Part shown: positions 62,210-64,000 of the stretch, piece after piece
Layout of the letters: every line of letters begins with the position of its first letter
How positions within the stretch are numbered: position 1 is the first letter of the stretch
NCBI RefSeq assembly: GCF_004010195.1
Contig: NC_057719.1
Location: forward strand, 5,752,062-5,816,061
Direction: 5' to 3'
Source: Chiloscyllium plagiosum
Taxonomy: Eukaryota
Length of the DNA stretch: 64,000 nt
The notes under the pieces: generated by a model
What the model was told of the DNA's origin: nothing
The model's input: only the letters and a program-made list of their open reading frames with translations
Databases searched by the model: none
Position numbers and translations under genes: made by a program

Positions 62210-63874
62210 TACAAAGAACAAAGAAAATTTACAGCCCAGGAACAGGCCCTTCTGCCCTCCAAGCCTGAGCCGATCCAAATGTACTGTCTAAACCTGTCGG
62301 TCAATTCCTAAGCATCTGTATCCCTCTGCTCCCCACCTACTCATGCATCTATCCAGACGCATCTGAATTGAATCTACCATGCCTGCCTCTACCATCTCTG
62401 CAACGCGTTCCAAACGCCCACCACCGTCTGTGTGAAGTACTTGCCGCGTGTATCCCCCTTAAACTTTCCACCTCTCACCTTGAAAGCATGACCTCTCGTT
62501 ATTGAATCCTTCACCCTGGGAAAAAGCTTGTCTCTACCCACCCTGTCTATACCCTTTATGATTTTGTAAGCCTCAATCAGGTGCCCCCTCAATCTCCTTT
62601 TTTCTAGTGAAAATAAACCTAAACCTACTCAACCTCTCTTCATAGCTAGCACCTTCCATACCAGGCAACATCCTCATAAACCTTCTCTGCGCTCTCTCCA
62701 AAGTGTCCACATCCTTTTGGTAATGTGGCGCCCAGAACTGTACACAGTATTCTAAATGCGGCCAAACCAAAGTCTTGTACAATTTTAACATGACCTGCCA
62801 GCTCTTACACTCAATACCCCATTCAATGAAGGCAAGCATACTATATGCCTACTTGACCACTCTATCCACCTGTGCAGCAACCTTCAGGGTACAATGGACC
62901 TGCACTTCCAAATCTCTCTGCCCATCAACTTTCCCAAGTCTCTTCCATTCATTGTGTAATTCGATCTAGAATTAGACTTGCTGAAATGCATCACCTCACA
63001 TTTATCTGGATTGAAAGCCATCGGCCACTTTTCTGCCCAACTCTCCAGTCTATCTATATCCTCCTGTATTCTCTGACAGTCCCTTATGCTTTCTGCTACT
63101 CACCAATCTTTATGTCATCTGCAAACTTGCTGATCATACCAACAGTGCCCTCTTCCAGATCATTTATGTATATTAAAAACAACCGTGGCCCCACCACTTA
63201 TCCCTGTGGAACACCACTGGTCACCTTTCATCATTTTGAGAAACTCCCTTCAACTACTACTCTCTGTCTCCTGTTGCTCAACCAGTTCTTTATCCACCGA
63301 GCTAGAACACCCTGCACACCATGTGACTTCACTTTCTCTATTAGTCTACAATGGGGAACCTTATCAAACGCCTTACTACAGTCCATGTATATGACATCAA
63401 CAGCCCTTCCTTCATCTAACAACTCAAAGAAGTCTATTAAGTTGGTAAGGCCTGATTTCCCCTGTACAAAGCCATGTTGCCCATCACTGATAAACTCATT
63501 CTTTTCCAAATATAAATAGATCCTATCTCTCAGTACCCTCTCCAGCAACTTCCCCACCACCGACGTCAGGCTCACTGGTCTGTATTTACCCGGAATATCC
63601 CTACTACCCTTCTTGTACAGGGGGACAACATGGGCAACCTTCCAGTCCTCCGGCACCTCACCTGTATTTAAGGATGCCACAAAGATATCTGTCAGGGTCC
63701 CAGATATTTCATCTCTCACCTCCCTTAGCAACCTGGGATAGATCCCAACCAGTCCTGGGGATTTGTCCACCTTAATAACCTCTAGCATACCCAACACATC
63801 TTCCCGACTTATGTCAATGTGATCCAGACTAATCGAATGTCTATCTCTAATCTCAAGATTCATCATGTTCCTCT
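62210..63874 (-). mobile_element. CR1 RT plus 3' end, same subfamily as 21365-24410
   Basis: Shares the distinctive MMNLEIRDRHSISLDHIDISRE and long near-identical stretches. Confidence 0.93.
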
Positions 63875-63889
63875 NNNNNNNNNNNNNNN
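63875..63889. other. Assembly gap (15 N)
   Basis: N run. Confidence 1.
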
Positions 63890-63990
63890 ACGTGCAAACT
63901 CCACACAGTCAGTCGCCTGAGGCGGGAATTGAACCCGGGTCTCAGGCGCTGTGAGGCAGCAGTGCTAACCACTGTGCCACCGTGCCGCCC
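63890..63990 (-). mobile_element. V-SINE 5' head (partial, after gap)
   Basis: Matches 47519-47619. Confidence 0.85.
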
Positions 63991-64000
63991 GTTTCCTTAA

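Noticed and set aside
1..64000. Prokaryotic-type systems (CRISPR array, operons, retrons, defence islands)
   Set aside because: The DNA is vertebrate intronic sequence. The repeated palindromes are dispersed transposon termini rather than regularly spaced repeat-spacer arrays, and all RT motifs belong to LINE or PLE families.
33619..64000. Next TTC7B exon (expected to read roughly NLTRGVGRFRELLRAVE)
   Set aside because: Not found by eye. It probably lies beyond the window or in a gap; tBLASTn with TTC7B would decide.

Overview
Eukaryotic, not prokaryotic, DNA. It is an AT-rich, repeat-dense vertebrate region whose repeat content (V-domain tRNA SINEs, abundant CR1 LINEs, Penelope-like elements) points to a cartilaginous fish, probably a shark (inference). 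The window lies inside one + strand gene, TTC7B (TPR scaffold of the PI4KIIIalpha complex). Two consecutive, phase-compatible coding exons are visible (6877-7010 and 33497-33618); everything else appears intronic. The introns hold decayed CR1/CR1-group, RTE and L1-clade LINEs, two SINE families, a possible solo LTR, and Neptune- and Poseidon-type Penelope-like elements (PLEs). Most ORF-track entries are fragments or antisense frames of these repeats. The most notable structure is a set of about 20 short PLE-terminus elements from at least four sequence families. Many are fold-back palindromes with 12-15 bp target-site duplications, and many retain a recognisable minimal type-I hammerhead ribozyme whose helices covary between families. 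Some intact-looking copies lie on the TTC7B sense strand. There are four assembly gaps. Repeat boundaries were read by eye and are approximate.
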